Of a DNA stretch of 62,157 nt, positions 10,647 to 22,683 are shown piece after piece. The notes beneath the pieces were generated by a model. That model made no database searches and was not told where the DNA came from. It saw only the letters and a program-made list of their open reading frames with translations. This DNA comes from Macrostomum lignano (lineage: Eukaryota). Position 1 is the first letter of the stretch; every line of letters begins with the position of its first letter. Location of the stretch: positions 1-62,157 of the forward strand of contig NIVC01001115.1 in assembly GCA_002269645.1 (NCBI GenBank), read 5' to 3'. Position numbers and translations under genes: made by a program.

Positions 10647-12417
10647 TGATGTAACCGCCCTTGTCGCCTGTCCGCTCCGTAGAGAGACGAACGCATGGCT
10701 AGAGGGGGCAATGACCGTAGGCTGCCTATGACCGGGCAATGACCTGACGGACCTCCAGCACCAGACTGTCCCGCCCACATGATTAGTAGCTTTGGTAGCG
10801 CTTCGTGACCAGAGGGCCAAGGACCCACATGGACCCCACCTGTAGCCAAGGTGCAATAGTTGGTCACTCGGTCATGGTATGACCGAGTGGCTGCCACCAC
10901 TCTATGTGACCTGGCGCACCTGGATCTTTCTACCAGACCTCTCGAGGCTAGAGCCCCGCCTGGATTGGTTACCAGGGGATTTAGGCTAACAGGGGAGACG
11001 CATGCAGCCGAGTACAGGGACTCTGCTTGGGGCATGATCGGGAACTCTGGGCTCAATCCTGGAGGATTTCTCAGCAGGGGATCCTTTGTGGCTGTGAGCG
11101 AGGCTGGCTTGCGACTTTGATTACTAAGAGTAGTATGAGGCGAACATGTACTGTCTACAGTTTAGATTGCTCAGGGCGAAGGGACGCGTTAGCATGGGGT
11201 TGCAACCTTCCTACTGCCATTCTGTGCCAAGACTCGCTAATCCCTCTACTGCACGCACACGCGGCCCCGCAGCACGCACTCACAGGCGGGCTTTGCACGG
11301 GGAGAGGCCATTAGCTTACCCAAACTTCCTTATGCTTTGCCACCCCGGGAGAAGCGGACCGGCAGGGATTCGTCTTATAGACGAATGGGTCAGAGCTCAA
11401 TCTGACAGCAAGTCCAAAGAAGGACGAGGAGAGGAACAGAGATAAACTCAGTTGAGTATTCTCATGCCGAAATCGCTTCCTTTTATAGACCTCACAGCCG
11501 CCTCCTCAAGGTCGTTACCATGGCTCCCTCTCTCTGATTGGCTGCCGGCAGAATGACGTCAGAATGAGTCATGATGAGAAGCATGAGACCGGCATAGCAA
11601 CATGAGAAATCGGGAAATTGCGCAATCCGGAGGTGGGGTGGGGGGATAATTGGCGCAGCGGGTGGTCGCGAAAGTGTTGCGCAAGCAAACATTGAGAACA
11701 ATAGGGCTGGGGTCGAGAACAAAGGAATTGGAAATCGGGGATAATTGGGGAAAACTGAGAACAATGGAAAAGTAAACATTGGAGAAAAGGTGATAATTAG
11801 GTGCGAAAACGAGAACAAAAGAAAGAGAAAATCGGAGAAAATGTGATAATTGGTGGGGGTCGAGAGAACAAAAGAAGCAAAAACGAGAACAATAGAAGCG
11901 GAGGTGGGGTGGGTGTCACATGAGAAATTTGGGAAGGAGAACAATAGCGTGAGAAAAGGTTGCGCAAGAGAGGGGGATGAGTCATCGATGAGTCACCGAG
12001 GGGGAGAAGGGGTCACACGACTTGCGTCACCGTTTGGGAGTTTGAGAGGGGATGGGGAGACGGTGAGCACACAAAGTACTGTAAGTAGACACAGGGAAAG
12101 AGGGGACAGCGCAGGAAAAGAGTGCAGAGGGAGACAAAAAAGGAGGAGGTAGAGAAAGTACAGGAAGAATAGGGCGGGAACAGAAGAGATAGGGTAGAGG
12201 GGGAGGTACAGAAAGGGGTAGGGGCTCCGGAAAGGCAGGTGTGGCGGCAGGAGAGACGGGACCAAGGCAGCAGAGAGGTGCAGCAGAGCGGGAGTCTCCA
12301 GGCCCGGTCGGAGACCTGGCCGAGTCTCGACAGCTCTGTGCAGAGGGTGCACGGGATAGGAGGCACTTTCGAAAAAGTTCCCATGCCCTATCCCGCGACC
12401 AGAGCGTGGTTACATCA
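10647..12417 (-). repeat. 5' LTR (1771 bp, internally deleted form)
   Basis: Matches 537-2748 apart from a few substitutions, 1-nt homopolymer indels and a 444-bp deletion at junction 11353/11354. Confidence 0.95.
11480..11571 (-). promoter_or_regulatory. LTR core promoter cluster (TATA, CCAAT, CRE, AP-1)
   Basis: Minus-strand TATAAAAG 11487-11480, CCAAT 11541-11537, TGACGTCA 11554-11561, TGAGTCA 11565-11571. Same cluster at 1812-1903 in the other LTR. Confidence 0.65.
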
Positions 12418-12977
12418 CGACGCTAAATCAGTGATGAGTCAGGACTGTTTCGCGCAAATTATTCTTCTATTCATTACTAGAGTTATCAGTTATGACTTAT
12501 GATTAACCAATGTTGGTGGAGACCAAACGTGAAATGTACATAATGTTCGTACGGCAAAATTGCATGTAGATATTTAAGAACGTATATTCCTAAACTCACA
12601 CACCATGGTTAGGTCATCCATGTCCCATGGGTCCATAAACTATCATGGATGGCTATGGTGCTTTCATGCATGGACCGTTATTTCGTTCAAGTTTAAAAAA
12701 TAAGAACTTTGAAGTACATATAGCTACGCACCGTTTAAAGTGGTGGTTGCAACATAGTTTAACAAACAGACAAATGTTCCTTCGTGTAAAAGGCTGCTTT
12801 ATGTTTAGTGCAGCTGTTAAATAGCTTTTAATATAGAAAAAAATTCATCTCGTTTTTGAAACCTTTGGTAATACATACCCAAAATTTGTACCTCACACAA
12901 TTTTGTATTTTTGCGAAACATGGAATATGGATCGAAATCTATAAATGACCCGCATTCGAACTCCAACTCCAACTATA

Positions 12978-13616
12978 TACATTTTAGTGCATTTACAGTA
13001 TGAAACCAAAAGTTTAAAAATCTGGGCTGCACTCAAAACTGAAAACTAATTTGGAGTTGAAGTAAAAATCAAAAATAACAAAAGAAATCTACATTTCTGT
13101 GCAATTTCTGCAAGATTCATGCATCCAGCTCGGAGTTATTGACCTCTAGTTTTAAATGGACGCGTTTAAATGCATACATTTTAGTGCATTTACAGTATGA
13201 AACCAAAAGTTTAAAAATCTGGGCTGCACTCAAAACTGAAAACTAATTTGGAGTTGAAGTAAAAATCAAAAATAACAAAAGAAATCTACATTTCTGTGCA
13301 ATTTCTGCAAGATTCATGCATCCAGCTCGGAGTTATTGACCTCTAGTTTTAAATGGACGCGTTTAAATGCATACATTTTAGTGCATTTACAGTATGAAAC
13401 CAAAAGTTTAAAAATCTGGGCTGCACTCAAAACTGAAAACTAATTTGGAGTTGAAGTAAAAATCAAAAATAACAAAAGAAATCTACATTTCTGTGCAATT
13501 TCTGCAAGATTTATGCATCCAGCTCGGAGTTATTGACCTCTAGTTTGAAATGGACGCGTTTAAATGCATACATTTTAGTGCATTTACAGTATGAAACCAA
13601 AAGTTTAAAAATCTGG
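12978..13616 (+). repeat. Left subterminal array, about 3.2 x 197 bp
   Basis: TACATTTTAGTGCATT recurs at 12978, 13175, 13372 and 13569 (period 197). Confidence 0.95.
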
Positions 13617-15780
13617 GTATGAATTGCTGAGGTATGAATGCTAATTCATAGTGCAAATTTAGTAGTTCTTTTCTAGTAAACACATTTGTATTGCTTTTTA
13701 CGCAATTATATCAATGGATTCGTCAGTTAACTGATTTTTTTGAATTGCAACCTCTCGTATATGATTACTACTTTAAGAGAGCGAATAACAACAATATTAC
13801 AACAATAACAAGATTTGCTTTGATTTGAAATCCCCTCTGTCGCATCCACAGGTGGTGATATACAGTATATATATATATATACAGTATATATATATATATC
13901 ATTCGCAATTCAGAGTATAGTCCACGATCGTGCTACACGCTACACTCAGTATTGTTTGGGATGCAAATTACTGCCCTATACATGTGTCGTAGCTGGCTCC
14001 CCGAATTTCGTGACATCGCATAATGATGTGACTATTATCAAAACTGATTCGTCTATTGAATTCACTGGAATCCATGCAAGGCGCTAATTAATAATGAACG
14101 ATAATAACGTTACGAATACATCATATGTTTAAGTTTGTTTTACTGCACCAGAGTATTTGGTATAAATATCGCGCGCACCAATTGTTAATTATCGCGCTCT
14201 TGTTTGTCAGTGGACCGCTCTCGTTTGGCCCAGGAATTGACTCCTTTTTTTGGTCCCGTACTTGGCTCAAATGTAGCCCCATGCAGTCTCGTGTGTCAGT
14301 TAGGCCGATAGTTAAGTTAGCATCAAAGCTTCACATGTTAATTGAACTCAGTTAATATGAACAGTTTCGAATATTAAAATGCTAGAAAAGGTCTTGGTTG
14401 GAAACCTCGATCGATTTATTGTACTCTAACAGACTGTGCTGGTAAGGGCACAGGAGGCCGAGTACATATTTTATGTTTCGTTAACTATTTCAATGTCAAG
14501 TCTTCTAGCCAGTTTATAGTAGCTGATCTGTTTGTGTGCTATAAACTGTTTTCGCTAATACAAGCTGGATGTATTGGTCATACATGTAAAACTAGTGATC
14601 CTAAGGTTATTCACAAGTTATTAAGTTTAAACTAACGTAAACCTTTGAAGTCGAGCAATTGTCTCTCAGTCCTTTTAATCATTATTTGGTGGCAGCGAGC
14701 TACCTTTCGTATTTATATAGTAGTATATTTGGGATTAATCAACAGCATCGGGAGGGTACGCAACAATTCAAGAAATATCAGCCTTCTCTATAGACTACTC
14801 AGCAGGGTATAACGCTCATCGGCTGGTGCAGCATAACAGTAGCCCAGGCCCAGTTTCTCGCAGCACCGCAACATAAGTTATGTAGGATATTTTCACTGGA
14901 AATAGAGATACCTATTGTATTCAGTAGTTTAAGGAGTTGGATGACAGTTAAAGGCCATTGAATATTAGCCGACGCTAAGTTCCTCTGCTTAAGAGAGGAC
15001 AATTAGCCTATTATAAACAAACAGCCAGTGAGACATTTAGCCCCGGAAATCTAGGAATCCGGCGAGACGTTTAGGCATTTTTCGATCGGTGTTTAGACTG
15101 CGTAGTCACGAGATACTACTCATTAGTAACAAATTGTAGCTGCACGGAATTTAAAGCCGGAACTTTTAATAAATTTTAAACCTATAACAATTGGTATCAG
15201 CGTTGGGATTATCGTAGAGGTTTTAATTAATTTGAGACCCATTATGATCCGTTTACAGCGGTGGAATTTAATAAGTAACTTATACATGCATATTTTTAAC
15301 TTCATATAATTTCACACCCGTTGCATTTGGAAGCATCGAGTAGGATTTAAATCGCATTTTTAATTAACTTTTGTTTCTACAAACATGTACATAACTGATG
15401 ATGAAGAACAAAGTGAAAGAGCAATAAAAAAGAGACAAAACAAAGAGTCAACAGAATTTATAGAAACATCCGCGAATACCTAAAGTGCAAAACACGGTTT
15501 TGCACCAAAAAACAAAGAAACATTCAAAGCAAAAAATAAACTAACAGAAGAATTGCCAATTACATGTACATGTGTAAATGTGCGAAACCAAAATAAATCT
15601 GTGACTTTTGATCCACCAAGCTTTCAACTGTTAAGCATTTGATCATCATATGTTATGAACGCGCGAACAATTTAATAAAAATAATCATGTACAACTTAGC
15701 AGCTCTTTCATGCATACATATGTAGCTGACAACCGGATTGGATCGTAACTCATAATTCAAAATTCTTAGTCCGAACTGCA

Positions 15781-18700
15781 TTACTCTTCGCGCTCGTGCC
15801 TATAGAGAGACAGGCAGATATTGCACACGAAGAAGCGGTTCGACTTCTTCACTACGTCAAACTGTCGAGGGGACAAGCCGACGCAAAAAGCGTGGTACCA
15901 CGCGTCACAAAGGTCACATTTTACCTACATGGAATCAATTTTAAATATGGGGTCTGATATGAATTCTGAAGGAAATTAAAGATTTGTCGCTTATGTATTA
16001 TATACTTAGCTATACTGAAGCCTGCACATAATTTTTACCACACTTTCAAATAGATGAGCTCACCCAATTGCGCAGTGAATTCGCTTGTGATGTTTCATGG
16101 CAACTGCTGCATCTGCTTGAGTCTGGAGTTTGTTGGACGCGATTGTACTGTAAAATTGTCTGCAATATACGCAATCTGGCACACGACAAAAAGTGCTCAT
16201 CTGTGCGGAAGAGGTACGGAAGTCCCAGCATCAGGCATTTCGCGTACAGGCAGATTATGACACCGCAGTTGTAGTCGTCTGTCTGCACAGCTGCGGACGC
16301 CGATTGTGGCTGATAGACTCCCGTAAGTCGCCGAACGGTGAGATTGCTAGCGAGCCGGCTAGATGATCATAAAAATTTAGAAATATGAGTGAAATACATT
16401 TTTGCATGCACAATGACGTTTGACGTTTGATTATGCAATTGTAACACGCACCACCATGAAGCGCTCCATGTATCCATACCACGCAGTGGATCGAGAAATG
16501 TTGTCTGCTTTTTTTCTGTATCGACAACCAAGCAGACAAAGTGGGGTGGATTTTCTTGCCAGATTGGAAAGAAGAAGTAGCGGACCTGAAAGCAAATTGT
16601 AGTGATTTTTATTTATTACTCGTGGGTGTATGCACAACATAATAAATGCGTTGTCCGCGCATATAATAAAAAAACTCAAAGAGAGTATGCCTAAAGCCCA
16701 CAACCCCTTTATTAATGACTTACACGTGTCGCTGAAAAGCGTCGATTTAGGTCCCTGCGTTCATGATGTGCCTTCTTATCTTGAGCCGTTGTGAGATCAG
16801 TATAGCAAAAGCTAGTGCATTGTGATCCCTCAAATATTGCCTCGAGGTAAGCATTAATGATCTGAATGCTGATCGCCCTATTGTCGCGAAGTGAGGCGAA
16901 GTCAGAGGCGTCAATCATAGACCTTCGACTTGTTGTAAACCACGGCCATTTCATAATCTGGAATGCACTTAGTTCTACCTGTGCGCGACTACGTGAACTT
17001 TCCTTATCATCCTTATGTGCACGACGTTGTCCTTCTTGGTGTTCGTTTAATGACTGAGTTAGGACTTCCTCATCTGTGATCGAGACTGCTTTATCACAGG
17101 TTTCTTCGTCGGAAGATTGTGCTTCAGTCATATTTGCGAACGATCCAGGTCTGGCGTCAAGGTAATCGTGCGCGACGATCGTGATCTTGCTTGGACCAAC
17201 GTACTTTGCCTTTTTTCGTGGACGCCAAACGTCCTCAGCCCACGATGGATCTTCCGATCGCTTCTTGGTATTAATATAGCTTCGTGGCATACCAAATTGA
17301 CACCGCTTGTTAATTTCTAGATGTTGTCTAGTCCGCTCTAAAAGTGCAGTCACGAAGTCTGGTGCACGAAGTCCTTTTTTGCCGTGTAGCACATCATACT
17401 TAATACTCCTAAAGTAATTTTCGGCTGTCACATTCGAAAACCATGATTTCCTTAACTCAAATTGGCTTTGGTTCTCAATCACAAAATGACCCCAAATAAG
17501 AGCCAGAGGAAGCCACTTTTCAACAAGGAGCGCAGTCAACATTTCAGAATACTGCGGATTCGTGGTTGGGCCGTCTGTGGCGTCATGGCAAACACTGCCG
17601 ACAAACTTGGCAAAAAATGGCGATTTTTGACGAATGCTAGAAGCATTAATTACGGTTTCCTTGAGCAAAAACTTGCTAGACGCCTTGTCGGCATCCCTTG
17701 GATTAGAGTCTTCTGGAACATCAATTGTTCGCCAGAGAGCAACTCGTTCAGCTAGCGATCTCAGCACATGTGGGACTGAACGTCGTGAACTAAATAGTTT
17801 AACAGCTAGTTCAGCTGAGCTTACAAAAGCAGTATACGACTTGCTGTATATCAACAGTACGAAAACACGGATGAAAAAATGTCTCGTTCGAGCGTCGATA
17901 CTTGCAAATTTCGGCTTTTTTAATGTTCGACATACTGTTGCAATGACGTGATTCGTACACAAGAAAGGCATTGACTTGACGGAATCGGCTGAGTTTTCGA
18001 AATGTTCAAAATGACGCTGAAGTAAATCACTAATGTCCATTCGGCAAAAGCTACCACAAACAGCAAAAATAAGTGCCCAGGAAAAATCAGTAACGACAAT
18101 CCCAACAGGGGGAATTGATCGAGCATGGAGCCTGTTTATAGCGTAGAAAACTTGCAACAAGAAATTGTGCACATTTTCTGTGTTATGTGACGTTAGGACA
18201 GCATCAGCAATGTTGACTGGAAGTGATTCATGCGGACTCTCGAGCGTCAACGAGTAGAGAAATGGCTGGCCTTTTACGTAGTGCACTTTTTTACAATACC
18301 ACCGGTGGCATCAAAATGCAACACATGACTTTTGCCTGTGCACTCGAGCAGAGTTCTGAGTTGCTCCTCACAAAACATTGTGAATTGAAACGGACGAGCA
18401 GTCACTGTTTGAATGTACCCTTTCAGGGTCTTCTCTGAGGTGGCACTATCAAAGGCTTCCTTGTAGTTCAAAAGGGTAAGTAGTACACGTTCCCCAAAGC
18501 GTAGCACCGATGAACGATCCGAACCCGCTAACATGCGATTCCGCCTGTGCCGATTTTTGGTTCCGACTTGTTTGAAGTTTTTAGCGTTCAAAAGAGACGC
18601 ATCTGCACGGAGAAGTTTTTCGTTAAAAACTTGATTGCCAGTTTTTGATGGCGATGGATTTTTGTTTAGTTTGTTGAGCATTTCTTGTGTTTCCAAAGCA

Positions 18701-20448
18701 GAACTCCGTCGACACAGCGAATTCAGGTGATGCTCCTCATCAACTTCGTATACATGCACTGTTCCAGATGCAGTAGAATCTAAGGCTGACTTGAAAATTA
18801 CGGCTTGGAATGTTTTACATGATGGGTGCTGGCAGTGCATTGTCTGCTTTATCCAAATTGGACCATTGCGGGACCTTGAGTATACGTATCTTTTGTCGAA
18901 GATAATGATACAGTTTGTTCGTCGTTCCAGTTCGTTGCGCAGGAAGTCCCTCCAGTAGTTGGCAAGCTGTTCGGGAAATGACTTTGCTTCAAATCCAGAC
19001 TTGAGAATAGAATGCCACAGTTGTGGGTCAGAAATTTCAACGGCACACAAGTGCTTATGGTTCTCTTCTTGGAGCGAATTTTTGCCTTGGCAGCCAACTG
19101 TATTGTTGCAGTCATTATCCGCCTCCTGATTGTCCTTTTCACTGCAATCCCCGATGGTACTCTCGTCGCTGATTTCTCTAACTAGGCTTTCACTTATCGG
19201 GTTGTCATCTGTGCTGCTTTCACTTGTCTGAGCGTCATCCGTGCTGCTTTCATTAGCCTCTGTCTCTGTGCGATCTCCGCAGCCCTTGCTGCCATTGGCG
19301 GTGCCATCTGCGCTGCCTTCGCTGCTATTGGTGTCATCTGCGCAGCCTTCGCTGCCTTCGCTGCCATCTTCGCTGCTTTCACTACCATGAGTGTCATCTG
19401 CACTGCCTTCGCTGCCATCGTCGCTGCTTTCACTACCATGAGTGCCATCTGCACTGCCTTCGCTGCCATCGTCGCTGCTTTCACTACCATGAGTGCCATC
19501 TGCACTGCCTTCGCTGCCATCGTCGCTGCTTTCACTACCATGAGTGTCATCTGCGCTGCCTTCGCTGCCATCGTCGCTGCTTTCACTACCATGAGTGTCA
19601 TCTGCGCTGCCTTCGCTGCCATCGTCGCTGCTTTCACTACCATGAGTGCCATCTGCACTGCCTTCGCTGCCATCGTCGCTGCTTTCACTACCATGAGTGT
19701 CATCTGCGCTGCCTTCGCTGCCATCGTCGCTGCTTTCACTACCATGAGTGCCATCTGCACTGCCTTCACTGCCATCGTCGCTGCTTTCACTACCATGAGT
19801 GCCATCTGCACTCCCTTCGCTGCCATCGTCGCTGCTTTCACTACCATGAGTGCCATCTGCACTGCCTTCACTGCCATCGTCGCTGCTTTCACTACCATGA
19901 GTGCCATCTGCACTGCCTTCACTGCCATCGTCGCTGCTTTCACTACCATGAGTGTCATCTGCGCTGCCTTCGCTGCCATCGTCGCTGCTTTCACTACCAT
20001 GAGTGCCATCTGCACTGCCTTCGCTGCCATCGTCGCTGCTTTCACTACCATGAGTGCCATCTGCACTGCCTTCACTGCCATCGTCGCTGCTTTCACTACC
20101 ATGAGTGCCATCTGCACTCCCTTCGCTGCCATCGTCGCTGCTTTCACTACCATCAGTGTCATCTGCGCTGCCTTTGCTGCCCTTTGAATCATCAAGTGTG
20201 CCATTTGTGCAACCATTGGCATCTTTGCGGATGTTGCAGCAATTCTTAAGGCTTTTCTGGCATTGTGACACAGAAGCTTTAAACCGAAGGGTGGCAGTTT
20301 GAATCCGCATTCGATTTTTTGCGTTGTTTACTGTTCTGAGTTTGCGGCAGATTTTCCCCCAACAACTGGAACTACTTCTCCAGCTACATGTAAGGCATGG
20401 TGGGTTCTGCAGCAAGACTTGCTGTAGCTGTTCCTGCAATTTGTTCAA
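15781..20448 (-). CDS. Spliced MULE transposase fused to Ulp1/C48 cysteine protease and PHD finger (5' end uncertain; 1-nt frameshift at 18286-18292)
   Basis: DDE: HFDATGG (about 18310), VTDFSWAL, CxxH LCTNH, TAENYF. Phase-0 GT-AG intron 16723-16586 joins ..ATR to VRYFFFPIWQENPPHFVCLVVDTEKKQTTFLDPL (protease His and Asp). QTDDYNCG gives Gln/Cys. Phase-0 intron 16063-15925 joins CSSC..W to VKCDLCDAWYHAFC..CNIC (C4HC3 PHD), stop at 15781. The small intron near 16360-16420 is not precisely placed. Confidence 0.85.
19335..20170 (-). repeat. Coding 51-bp tandem repeat, about 16 copies (GSESSDDGSEGSAD[G/D]TH)
   Basis: Unit gccatcgtcgctgctttcactaccatgagtgccatctgcactgccttcgct, in frame within the 724-aa ORF. 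Confidence 0.95.
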
Positions 20449-21393
20449 ATAGTATTTAATCCATATTAACTTTTAACACAATTTGATGACATTGTTCGAA
20501 AATGCTTACAATGAATCATACTTTTTAGGTTCACAGCAAAAATGGATTTAACTGAATATATTATATGACTCGAAGTAGACCCAAAGGTTGCAAAAAAGTA
20601 CTCACATTCAGCAGTGATCTTTGCTTCATTCAAGAGGAATCATATCAGAAAGAAAGAAATTTCAAGCAAAATAATATAATTCTTTTTAAAAGGAATGCTT
20701 TTCCACATGTAAAATAAATGCACAAATAATACGTTGATGAGCAAAATACTTTGCAATAATAGTCAATGCTATTGGGTATAAATCAACATTTAATTAGTCT
20801 TCTTACACATCAGATAAAAACTCTTTTCAGCATACATTTGTGTAAACTGTAGGCCCTGTAGCTTGTGACAAAATTGAATGGTTGAAAGAGACTTGAGTGC
20901 AGAGCAGCTCATATCTCTGATAAATAGCTAGCTATTATAGAAAAATTATCCTTGGTTACACAAAGTAATGGTATTAAATAAAATGAGCTAAATATTTCTA
21001 ATTATATAAAAATAACAAAACAATGAACTAAAAAGAAAAGAGACAAAAGAGCTCTTCCACATTATTTCTAAGTGTGTGTTATATAGAAACCCACACACTG
21101 TACAAACAGTGACTGTCAAAAATGTATTTCTGACTTCACAATGTAATGGTCAAGGTTGTATCGAAGTATTTTATTCCAATACCCTAGAATACTAGAGAAT
21201 CAAGTCCGTGTAACTGAAGACTTCAATTTCATATTCCCGCCACTTTCATTCATCGTGGAGAGGACGCACAAATATGTAGAAAACTATTTGTAGATTTCCT
21301 TTGTAAAATGTTTGTAAAATGTAAAATGTTTGTAAATGTTTGTAAAATGTTTGTAAAATGTTTTGTAAAATGTTCTTTGTAAAAACTATTTGT

Positions 21394-22170
21394 AAAATGT
21401 ATGCATTTAAATGTCCATTTCAAACTAGAGGTCAATAACTCCGAGTTGGATGCATGAATCTTGCAGAAATTGCACAGAAATGAAGATTTCTTTTGTTATT
21501 TTTGATTTCTACTTCAACTCCAAATTAGTTTTCAGTTTTGAGTGCAGCCCAGATTTTTAAACTTTTGGTTTCATACTGTAAATGCACTAAAATGTATGCA
21601 TTTAAACGCGTCCATTTAAAACTAGAGGTCAATAACTCCGAGCTGGATGCATGAATCTTGCAGAAATTGCACAGAAATGTAGATTTCTTTTGTTATTTTT
21701 GATTTTTACTTCAACTCCAAATTAGTTTTCAGTTTTGAGTGCAGCCCAGATTTTTAAACTTTTGGTTTCATACTGTAAATGCACTAAAATGTATGCATTT
21801 AAACGTCCATTTCAAACTAGAGGTCAATAACTCCGAGTTGGATGCATGAATCTTGCAGAAATTGCACAGAAATGTAGAATTCTTTTGTTATTTTTGATTT
21901 CTACTTCAACTTCAAATTAGTTTTCAGTTTTGAGTGCAGACCAGGTCTTCAAACATTTTAATAGAGTCTGTAGATGTACGGAAATTGTTGAATTTATTTC
22001 GTCTATTTTAAACTGAAGATCAATAGCAACTAGATGGATGAATGAATGTGACTGAAAAGTCACAAAAATGTAGAAAATAGTTGTTATTTTTTATTTTTAT
22101 CATCTGATTATCCCAGTTTTAGACATACGGTTAGCTTTTGAAGGATTTGAAAATTTGTTTATCTTTTCCC
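21394..22170 (-). repeat. Right subterminal array, about 2.8 x 195-197 bp plus one degenerate unit (inverted relative to left)
   Basis: Reverse complement of the left unit recurs at 21394, 21589 and 21786. A diverged unit occupies about 21950-22170. Confidence 0.9.
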
Positions 22171-22584
22171 GAATTTGGAGTTGGAGTTGGAGTTGGAGTT
22201 CGAATGCGGGTCATAATCTATAATAAAATTTAAATCTATTTTCGCTTAACAACCAAGTCGACATCGCCTTATGTAGCATTAGCTAGGTCAGAAGACCTAG
22301 TTTTTGTTTATTAGACCATGTATCCTGCAAACAGCTAGGGCCTAGTACTAACCAGTCACTTATGTAATGATGAGTCATCACTAAAATGATTTGCCAAAAT
22401 TATAGGCCTATACCAGTCAGGTGAAAAAAATGGTTAGGCAGCACCCCTCATTCATGAATATTAATGCATGAAATCCTTGTGAATTTTTTTCTTGGGTTTT
22501 TTTTCAAAATTGACTGCTAGGCCTACTACCTACAGATATCAATGTAGACTATTGTAGCTAGTATCTTATAGACTAGGCGGCTAT

Positions 22585-22683
22585 CCTGTAGTTTCGCACA
22601 TTTAATTATTTCCAGAATTATTTCGCCCTCTATTCAAGGGTGGTGGGGGGTGGGGGTTGGAATTAAACGTGCGAAACTACAGG
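22585..22683. mobile_element. 99-bp MITE-like foldback element
   Basis: 23-bp inverted repeats CCTGTAGTTTCGCAC(A/G)TTTAATT, 22 of 23 matching. No clean TSD. Confidence 0.45.

Larger units (their letters stand above)
537..12417 (-). mobile_element. Full-length Ty3/Gypsy LTR retrotransposon (11.9 kb), recent insertion
   Basis: Two near-identical LTRs, each bounded by TGATGTAACC...GGTTACATCA (TG..CA with a 10-bp inverted repeat). 4-bp TSD CGAC at 533-536 and 12418-12421. PBS and PPT in the expected minus-strand positions. Gag-RT-RH-IN domain order. Confidence 0.97.
12945..22214 (-). mobile_element. Mutator/MULE DNA transposon, Rehavkus/FB-NOF-like, with foldback-type termini (9270 bp)
   Basis: Terminal inverted repeat ATGACCCGCATTCGAACTCCAACTCCAACT at both ends. 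9-bp TSD AATCTATAA at 12936-12944 and 22215-22223. Inverted subterminal 197-bp tandem arrays. Internal MULE-type DDE transposase. Confidence 0.92.

Noticed and set aside
521-12462. Reconstructed empty LTR site has an 8-bp inverted repeat (TTGCGCGA..TCGCGCAA) and an E2F-like TTTCGCGC
   Set aside because: Too short to distinguish from chance in a single insertion site.
19194-20222. Alternative-frame ORFs of 342 aa (-) and 266 aa (+) over the 51-bp repeat
   Set aside because: Stop-free frames are a by-product of a repeat unit divisible by 3. Only the acidic frame connects to transposase sequence.
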